In this document: positions 25,594 to 35,306 of the stretch, piece by piece
Layout of the letters: each line of letters begins with the position of its first letter
Numbering within the stretch: position 1 is the first letter of the stretch
Assembly: GCA_030424645.1 (NCBI GenBank)
Contig: JAUHWP010000002.1
Span: 4,741 to 68,740, forward strand
Reading direction: 5' to 3'
From: Alphaproteobacteria bacterium
Lineage (GTDB): Bacteria > Pseudomonadota > Alphaproteobacteria > Rhodobacterales > Rhodobacteraceae
DNA length: 64,000 nucleotides
Program-made: the position numbers and the translations under genes
Notes under the pieces: generated by a model
Seen by the model: the letters and a program-made list of their open reading frames with translations, nothing else
Database searches by the model: none
What the model was told of the DNA's origin: nothing

Positions 25594-28173
25594 TCAGAAC
25601 TGATCCAGCAGACGTTTCAGGTAATCGCGTTCCAGATCAGGGCGGTCGCCCTCGCCCGAGCGGCGGCGCAATTCTTCCATCAATTCCTGCGCGCGGCGGT
25701 AAACGTCTTCGCCATCTTCCAGCGGGCTGTCGGTGGCGGTGGCGCCGTTGTTGCCGTCGGGGCTGCGGCCCAGCGGGTCGCGTTGGCTGGATCTGCGGCC
25801 TTCGCCGGGATTGCTGCCCTGTTCGCCTTGCCGCTGGGCCTGCTGGTTGGCCATGGCCTCGTCGAACTGGCGCATCCCTTCGCGCAGGGCTTCCATCGCG
25901 TCGGCTTGCCGGTCCAGCGCTTCGGGCAGGTCGCCTTGTTCCAACGCATCGGCGGCATCCCCCATCGCGCGCCCGGCGTCGTCCAGTGCGTCGCGGGCGG
26001 CTTGTCCGGCCTCGTCGCTGGCGCCCGGTAGGTTGCGGCGTTGGGCTTCAAGCTGTCGCTGCAATTCACTTTGCCGCTGGGCCAGATCGTTGCCCTGCCC
26101 GCTTTGGGTGCCATCCTGCTCGGGCCCGGCGCCTTGACCGTCCTGCCCTTGCTGGCCACCCTGTCCGTCATGGCTTTCCCCGCGCCCCTGACCGCCGTCG
26201 CGCCCTTCGTTGCCTTCCGATTCGCCCGCCTGCGAGCCTTGCCCCTGTTCCTGCAGGTCGCGGAAGGCCTGATCGGACAGGCCCTGTTGCTGGCGCAGAG
26301 TTTCCTGAAGCCCCTCGCGGGCGCTTTGGCCGGGCTGGTTCGACGGACCGGTTTGGGCCATCTGCATGTTTTCCATCATCTGGCGCAACTGGTCGAGCAT
26401 CTGCATCGCCTCGTCCTCGCGCCCCTGACGCATCAGTTCTTCGATCCGGTCCATCATGTCTTCGATGTCGGCCATGCTCATCTCGACCCCGTTTTCGGGC
26501 GGGGGCTGGTCGGATTGCGGGGCGTTCTGCTGGTTCTCGGCCAGTTGTTCCAGATAGTCGCGCATCGCTTCGCGCACTTCGTCCATCAGTTCTGCCAGCT
26601 CTTCCTCGCTGGCGCCGTCGCGCATGGCCTGTTCCAGACGGTCCTGTGCCTGCTGCATCCGGGCCAGAGCGTCGGCAAGGCGGCCGTCGTCAAGCTCCAC
26701 CGCCACTTCCCACAGAACGGCGGCGACCTCGTCCCGCAGGTCTTCCGGCAGGCCCGAGGGCGTGTCTGTGAATGCAAGCCCCGCCTCCAGCCGCCGGATC
26801 GCGCCGCGCAGGCGCAGATAGGCGCCTTCGGGCAGGTTCAGTTCGTCCGGTCGGTTCAGCACGGCGCGCAGGATCTGGCCCACCCGGCGGCCATTGTCGC
26901 GCGACCACAGAAGGTCGCGGCGCTGTTCGATCAGCGCCTTGGCGACCGGATGCAGGAAACGGCGTGCGGGCAGGATGATGTTCATGGGCGGCGTGATGCC
27001 GGTTTGCTCGGCCCCGTCTTCGACCTTCAGGGTCAGGTCGACGGGCAGCCCGGCCCATGGATGTTCGATCAGGTTTTCCTCCAGCACTCCGTCGATCTGG
27101 GTCCGCGAACCGCGATAGGGAAGGGGCAGGTCGACGACCAGCGGCGGGCGGTCCTCGGGCGCGGTGGCAAGGCCATGGCGGCGGTCGATGCGATCCAACC
27201 CCAGCGTAGCGGCGGCGTGGCCGCGGGTGACGGCATAGTCGTCCGTCGCTGTGAAGGGCAGCGAGAAATCGCCGGCAAGGCGGCGGGTCAACTCGCCCTC
27301 GGTGGTCACGGTCGGCGGCGTGTCGCCAATCGCGGTGATTTGCCAGCGCGCGGCACCCGGACCTTCGATGTCCAGCGGCCCGCTTTTGGTAATTACGAGC
27401 AGGTAGCTTTGCTGTGCCGGTCCCGTGATCGGCGTGTCGGACAGGTCCGCTGTCACCCCCAGCGTATCCAGATCACCATAAAGCCGCAGCGTCAGGCGAC
27501 TGCCTTGCGGCACGGCCAGTGGGCCGGGCGGCTGGTCGGCCAGATAGAGGCTGGGGCGTCCGGTATAGCCGGGCGGTTCAATCCAGCCTTCCCAACTGGC
27601 GCTGGCAACGGGGGGGGCGCCAGCGTCCCCGCCGGTTGCACCGGGGCTGCCGAGGCGGTCCAGCCACGGGGTGAAGCTGATGGCCAGCGCCGCGCCGGTC
27701 GCGGCGATCAGGCGCAGCGCATAGGGGTCGCTGCGGGCCACACGCAGGTCAGGGGATACGGGTCGAACGCCCTTCAGGCGTTGGGCCATTCGCGCCAAAT
27801 GCGCCTGCCAAAGGTTGCGCGATGCCATGTCATCGCGCCCGGTGGCCTGATCATCCATCAGGGCGGCAATCGGGTGGCCGGGCAGGCTGTCGTCCAGTTG
27901 CGCCAGTTGTTCGGCACGGCTGGGCCAGGCGAAATTGCGGGCACCCCAGATCAGCGCAGACAAAGCGGCAAAGACGCCCAGTGCCAACAGGCCCGTCGCG
28001 ATGGGTGACGGACCGATGGTCCAGAAGCTCCAGACCGCGAAGGCCGTCAGGCCGATGGCCACCAGTGGCCAGAACGCGCGCCAGAGGCGTTCCAAAACCA
28101 TCCCAGCCCCAGTCAAACGCAAGGGCCATTTCAGGTGCGTCTGCACCTCGTCGGGAAGGATCGGGCGGGTCAT
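25594..28173 (-). CDS. TIGR02302/DUF4175-like large membrane protein with acidic Gln/Gly-rich low-complexity C-terminal region (function unknown)
   Basis: About 860 aa. N-terminal hydrophobic helices (WPLVAIGLTAFAVWSF, LLALGVFAALSALIWG, LIAATGAALAISF). The C-terminal third is dominated by E/D/Q/G/R low complexity and ends ...DYLKRLLDQF. It resembles the alphaproteobacterial low-complexity family as I recall it. The start at the ATG at 28173 is uncertain, as it lacks a clear SD. Confidence 0.7.
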   Translation of the reverse strand: MTRPILPDEVQTHLKWPLRLTGAGMVLERLWRAFWPLVAIGLTAFAVWSFWTIGPSPIATGLLALGVFAALSALIWGARNFAWPSRAEQLAQLDDSLPGHPIAALMDDQATGRDDMASRNLWQAHLARMAQRLKGVRPVSPDLRVARSDPYALRLIAATGAALAISFTPWLDRLGSPGATGGDAGAPPVASASWEGWIEPPGYTGRPSLYLADQPPGPLAVPQGSRLTLRLYGDLDTLGVTADLSDTPITGPAQQSYLLVITKSGPLDIEGPGAARWQITAIGDTPPTVTTEGELTRRLAGDFSLPFTATDDYAVTRGHAAATLGLDRIDRRHGLATAPEDRPPLVVDLPLPYRGSRTQIDGVLEENLIEHPWAGLPVDLTLKVEDGAEQTGITPPMNIILPARRFLHPVAKALIEQRRDLLWSRDNGRRVGQILRAVLNRPDELNLPEGAYLRLRGAIRRLEAGLAFTDTPSGLPEDLRDEVAAVLWEVAVELDDGRLADALARMQQAQDRLEQAMRDGASEEELAELMDEVREAMRDYLEQLAENQQNAPQSDQPPPENGVEMSMADIEDMMDRIEELMRQGREDEAMQMLDQLRQMMENMQMAQTGPSNQPGQSAREGLQETLRQQQGLSDQAFRDLQEQGQGSQAGESEGNEGRDGGQGRGESHDGQGGQQGQDGQGAGPEQDGTQSGQGNDLAQRQSELQRQLEAQRRNLPGASDEAGQAARDALDDAGRAMGDAADALEQGDLPEALDRQADAMEALREGMRQFDEAMANQQAQRQGEQGSNPGEGRRSSQRDPLGRSPDGNNGATATDSPLEDGEDVYRRAQELMEELRRRSGEGDRPDLERDYLKRLLDQF

Positions 28174-28189
28174 CGGACCCGCGTGAGGT

Positions 28190-29455
28190 TCACAACCATG
28201 CAGGGATGGTATCGCGTCCCAGCATCTCTTCATAGGTGGGACGGGCCCGGATGACGGCATATTGATCGCCCATCACCAGAACTTCGGGGATCAGGGGGCG
28301 GGAATTGTATTCCGACGCCATCACAGCACCATAAGCCCCGGCCGAGCGGAAGGCGATCAGGTCATCGGCTTGCAGGCGATCCAGATCGCGGCGCTTGGCA
28401 AATGTGTCGCCCGTTTCGCAGATCGGGCCGACAATATCGTATTGTGCCTTCTCCTGCCCCGGCGAGGGTTCGACCACCGGCACGATGTCGTGATGAGCTT
28501 CATACATGGCCGGGCGCACGAGGTCGTTCATCGCGGCGTCAACGATCAGGAAATCCTGCCCTTCGCCCTCTTTCACATAGATGACCGAAGTGACCATCAA
28601 ACCTGCATTGCCCGAGACCAGCCGCCCCGGCTCGATCTCGATCTCGCAGCCCAGGTGGCCGACAGTTTCGCGTACCATCTGCCCGTATTCGAGGGGCAGG
28701 GGCGGGGCGGAGTTTGACCGTTCATAGGGAATGCCCAGCCCGCCGCCCAGATCAAGGCGGGTGATGTCATGGCCGTCGGCGCGCAGGATCTCGGTCAGCT
28801 CAGCGACCTTTTGATAGGCTTGGCGGAACGGTTCCAACTCGGTCAACTGGCTGCCGATATGCACGTCGATGCCGACCGCTTTCAGGCCGGGCAGGTTCGC
28901 AATTTCGGCGTAAACGTCGCGGGCGCGGGCAATGGGGATGCCGAACTTGTTTTCGGACTTCCCGGTCGAGATCTTGGCGTGTGTTTTCGCATCCACATCC
29001 GGGTTCACGCGCACGGTGACGGGGGCAACCACGCCCATCTCGGTCGCCACCTGCGACAGCACCCGCATTTCCGGTTCGCTTTCCAGATTGAACTGTCGGA
29101 TGCCTTCGCTCAGGGCCAGCCGCATTTCGTCGCGTGTTTTGCCGACGCCGGAAAAGACGATCCGATCACCGGACACGCCAGCGGCGCGGGCGCGGCGGTA
29201 TTCCCCGCCCGACACCACATCCATGCCCGCGCCCATGTCGCCCAGCAGTTTCAGCACCGCGAGGTTGGAGTTGGATTTGACCGCGAAACACACCAGATGA
29301 TCGGCCCAGTCCAGCGCCTCGGCAAACAGGCCGATATGACGTCGCAAGGTGGCGGCGGAGTAGACATAGAAGGGGGTGCCAACCTTTGCGGCAATCTCGG
29401 GAATGGCCACGTCTTCGGCGTGCAGGATGCCGTCGCGGTAAAGGAAATGGTCCAT
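28190..29455 (-). CDS. lysA: diaminopimelate decarboxylase
   Basis: PLP-Lys block FAVKSN, plus GGGLGIPY, CETGD and EYNSRP motifs. Start moved to the ATG at 29455 (MDHFLYRDG...). Confidence 0.95.
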   Translation of the reverse strand: MDHFLYRDGILHAEDVAIPEIAAKVGTPFYVYSAATLRRHIGLFAEALDWADHLVCFAVKSNSNLAVLKLLGDMGAGMDVVSGGEYRRARAAGVSGDRIVFSGVGKTRDEMRLALSEGIRQFNLESEPEMRVLSQVATEMGVVAPVTVRVNPDVDAKTHAKISTGKSENKFGIPIARARDVYAEIANLPGLKAVGIDVHIGSQLTELEPFRQAYQKVAELTEILRADGHDITRLDLGGGLGIPYERSNSAPPLPLEYGQMVRETVGHLGCEIEIEPGRLVSGNAGLMVTSVIYVKEGEGQDFLIVDAAMNDLVRPAMYEAHHDIVPVVEPSPGQEKAQYDIVGPICETGDTFAKRRDLDRLQADDLIAFRSAGAYGAVMASEYNSRPLIPEVLVMGDQYAVIRARPTYEEMLGRDTIPAWL

Positions 29456-29480
29456 GGGCGAGCCTTTTCTGACTGCGTGC

Positions 29481-29597
29481 CTATTGGCGGGCTTGTTGTT
29501 CTGCGATGTCTTCCGGGCTGCCCGGGCGGATGGGTTCGCCATCGGCGCCACAGGCGGCAAGACCCAGAAGGGCAAGGATCAGGGTGACGCGGATCAT
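29481..29597 (-). CDS. small lipoprotein (38 aa), LptM/YifL-like
   Basis: Hand translation gives [38 protein letters not shown]. It has a signal peptide plus lipobox LAAC. Its ATG overlaps the argH stop (ATGA), and an AAGAGG SD lies inside the argH 3' end. It is below the 60-aa cut-off of the ORF track. A small lipoprotein in the argH/lysA/dapF neighbourhood is a recurrent proteobacterial arrangement. Confidence 0.6.
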   Translation of the reverse strand: MIRVTLILALLGLAACGADGEPIRPGSPEDIAEQQARQ

Positions 29598-30991
29598 GAC
29601 AGGGCCTCTTTCCAGCGGGCGATCTGCTTTCGGACCTCGGACGGGGCGGTGCCGCCGTAAGAGGTGCGGCTGGCGACCGAGTTGTGCACGCCCAGCACAC
29701 CGAACACCTCGTCGGTGATCGCATCATGCACCGATTGCATGTCGGCCAATGTCAGGTCGGGCAGGTCGCAGCCGCGATCCTCGGCCATGGCCACAAGGGA
29801 TCCGGTGACGTGGTGGGCATCGCGGAACGGCATGTTCAGGGCGCGCACCAGCCAGTCGGCAAGGTCGGTCGCGGTCGAAAAGCCTGACGAGGCCGCGGCT
29901 TCCAGCGCGTCGGTGTTGGCCGCCATGTCCGATACCATGCCCGTCATCGCCGCCAGCGCCAGCATCAGGTTGTCGGCGGCATCAAAGACCTGTTCCTTGT
30001 CTTCCTGCATGTCCTTGGAATAGGCCAGCGGCAGCCCCTTCATCACGGTCATGAGGCCGATATTCGCCCCCATGATCCGCCCGATCTTGGCGCGGATCAG
30101 CTCGGCTGCGTCGGGGTTGCGCTTCTGCGGCATGATCGACGATCCGGTTGACCATTTGTCCGACATACGCACGAAGCGGAATTGGGCCGAGGACCAGATC
30201 ACCAGCTCTTCGGCAAAGCGGCTGAGGTGCATGGCGCAGATCGTGGCGGATGACAGGAACTCCAACGCGAAATCACGGTCGGCCACGGCGTCGAGCGAGT
30301 TGGCTGTCGGGCGGTCAAAGCCCAATGCCTTGGCGGTCATGTGGCGGTCAATCGGGAAGGACGTGCCTGCCAGGGCGGCCGCGCCAAGTGGGCATTCGTT
30401 CATCCGGGCGCGCGCATCGCGGAAACGGGATTTGTCACGCCCGAACATTTCCACATAGGCCATCATGTGATGACCCCAGGTGACGGGCTGCGCCGTTTGC
30501 AAGTGGGTGAAGCCGGGCATGACCCAATCAGCCCCGGCTTCGGCCTGCCCCAGAAGGGCGTGGATCAGGGCGTCCAGCCCGTCTATTGCGGCGTCCATCT
30601 GGTCACGCACCCAAAGCTTGAAATCGGTGGCAACCTGATCGTTGCGCGACCGGGCCGTGTGCAGACGCCCCGCCGGTTCGCCGACGATTTCCTTCAGCCG
30701 CGCCTCGACATTCATGTGGATGTCTTCAAGCGCGGTCGAGAAGGCGAAGGTCCCGCCTTCGATCTCGGTCAGCACTTGCGACAGGCCCTTGTGGATCGCT
30801 TCGGCGTCCTGATCGGTGATGACCCCGACAGCCGCCAGCATCGCGGCATGGGCGCGCGAGCCGTCGATGTCCTGCCGCGCCATGCGCCGGTCATACCCGA
30901 TCGAGGCATTGATCGCCTCCATGATCGCGTCGGGGCCTGCGGAAAAGCGGCCACCCCACATGGCATTGGCGGATTTGCTGTCGTCACTCAT
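29594..30991 (-). CDS. argH: argininosuccinate lyase
   Basis: Fumarate-lyase signature [12 protein letters not shown] and a WGGRFS N-terminus. 465 aa. Confidence 0.95.
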   Translation of the reverse strand: MSDDSKSANAMWGGRFSAGPDAIMEAINASIGYDRRMARQDIDGSRAHAAMLAAVGVITDQDAEAIHKGLSQVLTEIEGGTFAFSTALEDIHMNVEARLKEIVGEPAGRLHTARSRNDQVATDFKLWVRDQMDAAIDGLDALIHALLGQAEAGADWVMPGFTHLQTAQPVTWGHHMMAYVEMFGRDKSRFRDARARMNECPLGAAALAGTSFPIDRHMTAKALGFDRPTANSLDAVADRDFALEFLSSATICAMHLSRFAEELVIWSSAQFRFVRMSDKWSTGSSIMPQKRNPDAAELIRAKIGRIMGANIGLMTVMKGLPLAYSKDMQEDKEQVFDAADNLMLALAAMTGMVSDMAANTDALEAAASSGFSTATDLADWLVRALNMPFRDAHHVTGSLVAMAEDRGCDLPDLTLADMQSVHDAITDEVFGVLGVHNSVASRTSYGGTAPSEVRKQIARWKEALS

Positions 30992-31216
30992 GGTCGGCCT
31001 TTCGGGACTTGGGTCTTGTTTTGCTTGCTATACGCGGCGCGGGGCGCAGGCGCAATTGGTCAGCGGAAATTGGCCTGAATTGCGGGCGCGACACGCGGTG
31101 TTTCCGCCGCGTCAGCGCCAGATTGCCGATCCCTATTGCGGCGCTTTGAGGTGAGCCTAAACAAGCGTAATGTGCGCGCCACCGACGCACGGCGAGGGTG
31201 CGCGGATGAGGCTGCG

Positions 31217-32434
31217 ATGACAGGGGTGTCGAAAGACATGCACACAGGACGTTATTCTCGGCGGCAAGCAGCGGGGCTGCTGCTGGCTGCCAGCATTATG
31301 CCCAAAGCCGTGATGGCAAATGCCGGGTTCGACGCATGGCGCGCTGATTTTCGCGCCCGTGCGGAAGCTGCCGGCGTGCCTTCTGATGCGTTGCGCGCGC
31401 TGGACAAGGCGCAGTTCCTGCCCAAGGTCGTTGCGCTGGACAGTGCCCCGGCCGAAACGACAAGATCGTTGGGGGATTACATCGCCTCGGCAGCATCGCC
31501 GCAGCGGATCAAGGCCGGGCAGGTCGTGATGGCGCGCTATCCGACGCTTCTGGGCCGGATCGAAGAAAAATACGGCGTAGCGCGCGAGGTGATTGTCGCG
31601 ATCTGGGGCATGGAAAGCAGCTTCGGCGCCGTGCGCGGATCGGCACCGGTCTTGTCGACGCTTGCGTCACTGGCATTCGAGGGCCGCCGCCGTGGCCTGT
31701 TTGAAAACGAGCTTCTGGCCGCCTTGCAGATCCTTGCCGCGGGCGATACCTCGCCCGGACGGCTGACCGGTTCTTATGCCGGGGCCATGGGGCACACCCA
31801 GTTCATGCCCAGTTCGTTCCTGCGCTATGCGGTTGATTTCAACCGCGATGGGCGACGCGACATCTGGGCCGATGATCCGACGGATGCATTGGCCTCGACC
31901 GCGGCGTATCTGCGGGCAAAGGGGTGGCAAGAGGGCCAGCCCTGGGCGTATGAGGTGCAACTGCCGAAAGGGTTCGACCTGGCACGCACCGGGCGCGTCT
32001 ATGCGCGACGCCTGCGCGATTGGGCGCAGCTTGGCGTGACCCATGCGTCGGGGGCGAAGCTTCGCGGCTCTGACAGGGGTGCGCTGATCCTGCCGGCTGG
32101 TCCGACAGGCCCGGTGTTCATGGTTTTCGACAATTTCCACGTCCTGAAAACCTATAACTACGCCGACAGCTATGTCATCGGCGTCGGTCATTTGTCGGAC
32201 CGTCTGGCCGGTGGCGATCCCATCCGGGCGAAGTTTCCCGGCAATCCGTGGGGCATGACCACCGCCGAACGGCAAGAGCTTCAACAGCGCTTGAATGCGC
32301 TGGGCTTCAAGGCCGGGCGGCCGGACGGGGTGATCGGCGAAATGGGCCGTGCCGCGATCCGATCCTATGAAACCGCGCGCGGTGTTCCGGTTACGGGCGT
32401 TCCCAGCCGGGACTTGCTGGTGGCACTTCGCTAG
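31217..32434 (+). CDS. lytic murein transglycosylase (MltB/Slt35 family) with C-terminal peptidoglycan-binding domain
   Basis: Catalytic-Glu block IWGMESSFG, plus GAMGHTQFMPSSF. C-terminal PG_binding_1-like repeat LQQRLNALGFKAGRPDGVIGEMGRAAIRSYE. Start taken at the ATG at 31217 (GGATGAGG SD); 31238 is an alternative. Confidence 0.85.
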   Translation: MTGVSKDMHTGRYSRRQAAGLLLAASIMPKAVMANAGFDAWRADFRARAEAAGVPSDALRALDKAQFLPKVVALDSAPAETTRSLGDYIASAASPQRIKAGQVVMARYPTLLGRIEEKYGVAREVIVAIWGMESSFGAVRGSAPVLSTLASLAFEGRRRGLFENELLAALQILAAGDTSPGRLTGSYAGAMGHTQFMPSSFLRYAVDFNRDGRRDIWADDPTDALASTAAYLRAKGWQEGQPWAYEVQLPKGFDLARTGRVYARRLRDWAQLGVTHASGAKLRGSDRGALILPAGPTGPVFMVFDNFHVLKTYNYADSYVIGVGHLSDRLAGGDPIRAKFPGNPWGMTTAERQELQQRLNALGFKAGRPDGVIGEMGRAAIRSYETARGVPVTGVPSRDLLVALR

Positions 32435-32990
32435 CGACCTGATCGAAGCGGAAACATCCGGTGACGTGGTCGTTGAACAGCCCGCAGGCCTGCATCCATG
32501 CGTAAACGATGGTGGGGCCGCAGAACTTGAACCCGGCTTTTTTCAGGTCTTTCGAAATTTCCGTGGTCAGCGGCGTTGCGGCGGGCACATCCGCCAGGCT
32601 GGCATAATGCCCGACCTGCGGGGTGCCGTCGACGTAACCCCAGATCCAGTCCGCGAAGGCCTGTGACCCGCCGAGGTCCAGATAGGCTTGTGCGTTACCA
32701 ATGGTTGCTTCGATCTTGCCGCGGTGGCGGATGATGCCGGGATTGCCCAAAAGGCGCGTGACCTCGTCTTCGCCCCAACCGGCAATCACGGCGGGGTCAA
32801 ACCCCTGGAACGCCTCGCGAAACGCCTCGCGCTTCCGCAGGATAGTGATCCAGCTCAACCCGGCCTGAAACCCATCGAGGATCAGCTTTTCCCACAGCGC
32901 CCGCCCGTCATATTCCGGCACGCCCCATTCGGTGTCGTGATAGGCGACGTAAAGCGGGTCATCTCCGCACCATGTGCAGCGCTGGGTCAT
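32391..32990 (-). CDS. tag: DNA-3-methyladenine glycosylase I
   Basis: CTWCGDDPLYVAYHDTEWGVP N-terminus and ILDGFQAGLSWITIL block. GGAGGAA SD. Confidence 0.9.
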   Translation of the reverse strand: MTQRCTWCGDDPLYVAYHDTEWGVPEYDGRALWEKLILDGFQAGLSWITILRKREAFREAFQGFDPAVIAGWGEDEVTRLLGNPGIIRHRGKIEATIGNAQAYLDLGGSQAFADWIWGYVDGTPQVGHYASLADVPAATPLTTEISKDLKKAGFKFCGPTIVYAWMQACGLFNDHVTGCFRFDQVASEVPPASPGWERP

Positions 32991-33099
32991 GGGTGGTTCC
33001 TCCGGTCAGATACGTAAAATTATCAGGAAATTTGGGATTTTACAGATTGTTAGCACATGTCGCGCAACACTATCCCATCGCTGCGACGGAGATTCAACG

Positions 33100-33921
33100 A
33101 TGCACAACCTGAAACGGGACGAGATGCCAGTTGCCGCCAGCTTGGGCGATCCGTTTTCTGTCGCAATGGATCTTCGCGACGACGAGGCATTAGACCTGGT
33201 GCGTCATGCCTTGCGCCACAAGCAGGTCAAGCTGGCCTATCAACCGGTCGTCCAGACCGCCAACCCGGATCGCATGGCGTTTTACGAAGGCTTGTTGCGG
33301 GTTCACGACAGCATGGGCCGGGTGATTCCCGCCAAAAGCTTCATCGGCGCGGTGGAAGACAGCGAAACAGGGCGCATATTGGATGCGCTGGCCCTTGAAA
33401 AAGGGCTTGAGGCGCTGGCCGCCGAGCCGGGGTTGCGGCTGGCCATCAACATGTCGGCCCGCTCGATCGGCTATCCGGGCTGGATAAAGGTGCTGGAGCG
33501 TGGGTTGCGGGATAATCCGACCATCGGCGAGCGGCTGATCCTTGAAATCACCGAACGCACGGCGATCATAATGCCCGATCTGGTGCAGGTGTTCATGTCG
33601 GACCTGCACCAGAAGGGGATCAGCTTCGCGCTTGACGATTTCGGCGCCGGCTACACTTCTTTCCGCTATCTCAAAGAGTTCTATTTCGACATCCTGAAGA
33701 TTGACGGCGGGTTCATCCGGGGCATTCATCAGAACGCAGACAACCAGATACTGACCCAAGCGTTGCTGTCCGTTGCCGATCATTTCGACATGTTTACAGT
33801 GGCGGAAAATGTCGAAAACCACATGGATGCGACCTATCTGGCCTCGATCGGGGTGGACTGTATGCAGGGCTACTATTTCGGGGCGCCGACGATTGATCCC
33901 TATTGGCAAAAGCGCGCCTGA
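33100..33921 (+). CDS. stand-alone EAL-domain protein (putative c-di-GMP phosphodiesterase)
   Basis: EAL-domain blocks are all present: YQPVV, LEITE, LAINMS, FALDDFGAGYTSFRYL, LKIDGGFI, VAENVE, QGYYFG. No sensor or GGDEF domain. ATG at 33100 with a GGAG SD. Confidence 0.85.
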   Translation: MHNLKRDEMPVAASLGDPFSVAMDLRDDEALDLVRHALRHKQVKLAYQPVVQTANPDRMAFYEGLLRVHDSMGRVIPAKSFIGAVEDSETGRILDALALEKGLEALAAEPGLRLAINMSARSIGYPGWIKVLERGLRDNPTIGERLILEITERTAIIMPDLVQVFMSDLHQKGISFALDDFGAGYTSFRYLKEFYFDILKIDGGFIRGIHQNADNQILTQALLSVADHFDMFTVAENVENHMDATYLASIGVDCMQGYYFGAPTIDPYWQKRA

Positions 33922-34084
33922 TCCTGCACTTTCCGACGTGTCGCAGCCGCAGGCGGCGCGTGCGACTTGATTTCCTCTGCGATGCAGCACAGGATAAGCG
34001 CAACATCGGATTCCGGCTTGAGAACCGTCATTTGACGACTTTTTGAAGGTGTGGACCCGTCAGTTCGGAGGAAAAGGACCCATC

Positions 34085-35260
34085 ATGACCAATGTTGTAA
34101 TCGTATCCGCCGCGCGGACTGCCGTCGGCAGCTTCTCGGGCGCATTTGCCAACACGCCCGCCCATGATCTTGGCGCTGCCGTGCTTGAGGCCGTCGTCGC
34201 CCGCGCAGGCGTCGACAAATCCGAGGTTGACGAGACCATCCTGGGCCAGGTTCTGCAAGCCGGACAGGGCCAGAACCCCGCACGCCAGGCGCATATCAAC
34301 GCCGGACTTCCCAAGGAAAGCTCGGCCTGGGGGATCAACCAGGTGTGCGGTTCGGGGCTGCGCACCGTGGCGCTGGGCGCCCAGCATGTGATGCTGGGGG
34401 ACGCGGCGATTGTTGCTGCTGGCGGCCAGGAAAACATGTCGCTCAGCCCCCATGTCGCGCATCTGCGCGCCGGTCACAAGATGGGCGATATGAAGTTCAT
34501 CGACTGCATGATCAAGGACGGACTGTGGGACGCCTTCAACGGCTATCATATGGGCCAGACCGCCGAAAACGTGGCCCAGCAATGGCAGATCACCCGCGAG
34601 GTTCAGGACGAATTCGCCGTTGCCTCGCAGAACAAGGCAGAAGCCGCCCAGAAAGCGGGCAGGTTTGCCGACGAGATCATCCCCTTCACCGTCAAGACCC
34701 GCAAGGGTGACATCGTTGTGGATCAGGACGAATATATCCGCCACGGGGCCACGATCGAAGCCATGCAAAAGCTGCGTCCGGCCTTCACCAAGGATGGATC
34801 GGTCACGGCGGCGAATGCTTCGGGCATCAACGATGGCGCTGCGGCTGTTCTTCTGATGACCGCTGACGAGGCCGAGAAGCGCGGGCTTGAACCGCTGGCG
34901 CGCATCGCTTCCTACGCCACCGCAGGTCTTGATCCGTCGATCATGGGTGTCGGGCCGATCCATGCGTCGAACAAGGCCTTGGCAAAGGCGGGCTGGAAGG
35001 CACAGGACCTTGATCTGGTCGAAGCGAACGAGGCGTTTGCCGCACAGGCCTGCGCGGTCAACAAGGATATGGAGTGGGACACCGCCATCGTGAACGTAAA
35101 CGGCGGGGCGATTGCCATCGGTCACCCGATCGGCGCGTCGGGCTGCCGCATCCTGAACACCCTTTTGTTCGAGATGAAGCGCCGCGACGCCAAGAAAGGT
35201 CTGGCGACCTTGTGCATCGGTGGCGGCATGGGCGTGGCCATGTGCCTTGAGCGCCCGTAA
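34085..35260 (+). CDS. phaA: acetyl-CoA C-acetyltransferase
   Basis: [18 protein letters not shown]-terminus, [11 protein letters not shown] active-site Cys, and GHPIGASG and CIGGGMG signatures. Followed by phaB. Confidence 0.9.
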   Translation: MTNVVIVSAARTAVGSFSGAFANTPAHDLGAAVLEAVVARAGVDKSEVDETILGQVLQAGQGQNPARQAHINAGLPKESSAWGINQVCGSGLRTVALGAQHVMLGDAAIVAAGGQENMSLSPHVAHLRAGHKMGDMKFIDCMIKDGLWDAFNGYHMGQTAENVAQQWQITREVQDEFAVASQNKAEAAQKAGRFADEIIPFTVKTRKGDIVVDQDEYIRHGATIEAMQKLRPAFTKDGSVTAANASGINDGAAAVLLMTADEAEKRGLEPLARIASYATAGLDPSIMGVGPIHASNKALAKAGWKAQDLDLVEANEAFAAQACAVNKDMEWDTAIVNVNGGAIAIGHPIGASGCRILNTLLFEMKRRDAKKGLATLCIGGGMGVAMCLERP

Positions 35261-35280
35261 CCTGTCGAAATGTCGTGAAG

Positions 35281-35306
35281 AAAAGGCGCCTTCGGGCGCC
35301 TTTTTT
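35281..35306 (+). terminator. intrinsic terminator after phaA
   Basis: aaaaGGCGCCttcgGGCGCCtttttt: GC stem, tetraloop and T6 tract, 21 nt after the phaA stop. Confidence 0.8.

Noticed and set aside
25700-26350. Repetitive-looking DNA (GGC/CAG/GCC-rich short repeats) that could be mistaken for a repeat array.
   Set aside because: There are no regularly spaced identical repeats or spacers. The periodicity is codon-level low complexity (Gln/Gly/Glu/Asp) inside a CDS. It is not CRISPR or VNTR.
26041-28008. 655-aa plus-strand ORF, the longest unexplained ORF in the track.
   Set aside because: It is antisense to the TIGR02302-like gene. The sense frame has TM helices, a good stop context and family-like termini. 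The antisense frame is a Gly/Arg/Ala/Val-rich translation of the same low-complexity DNA.
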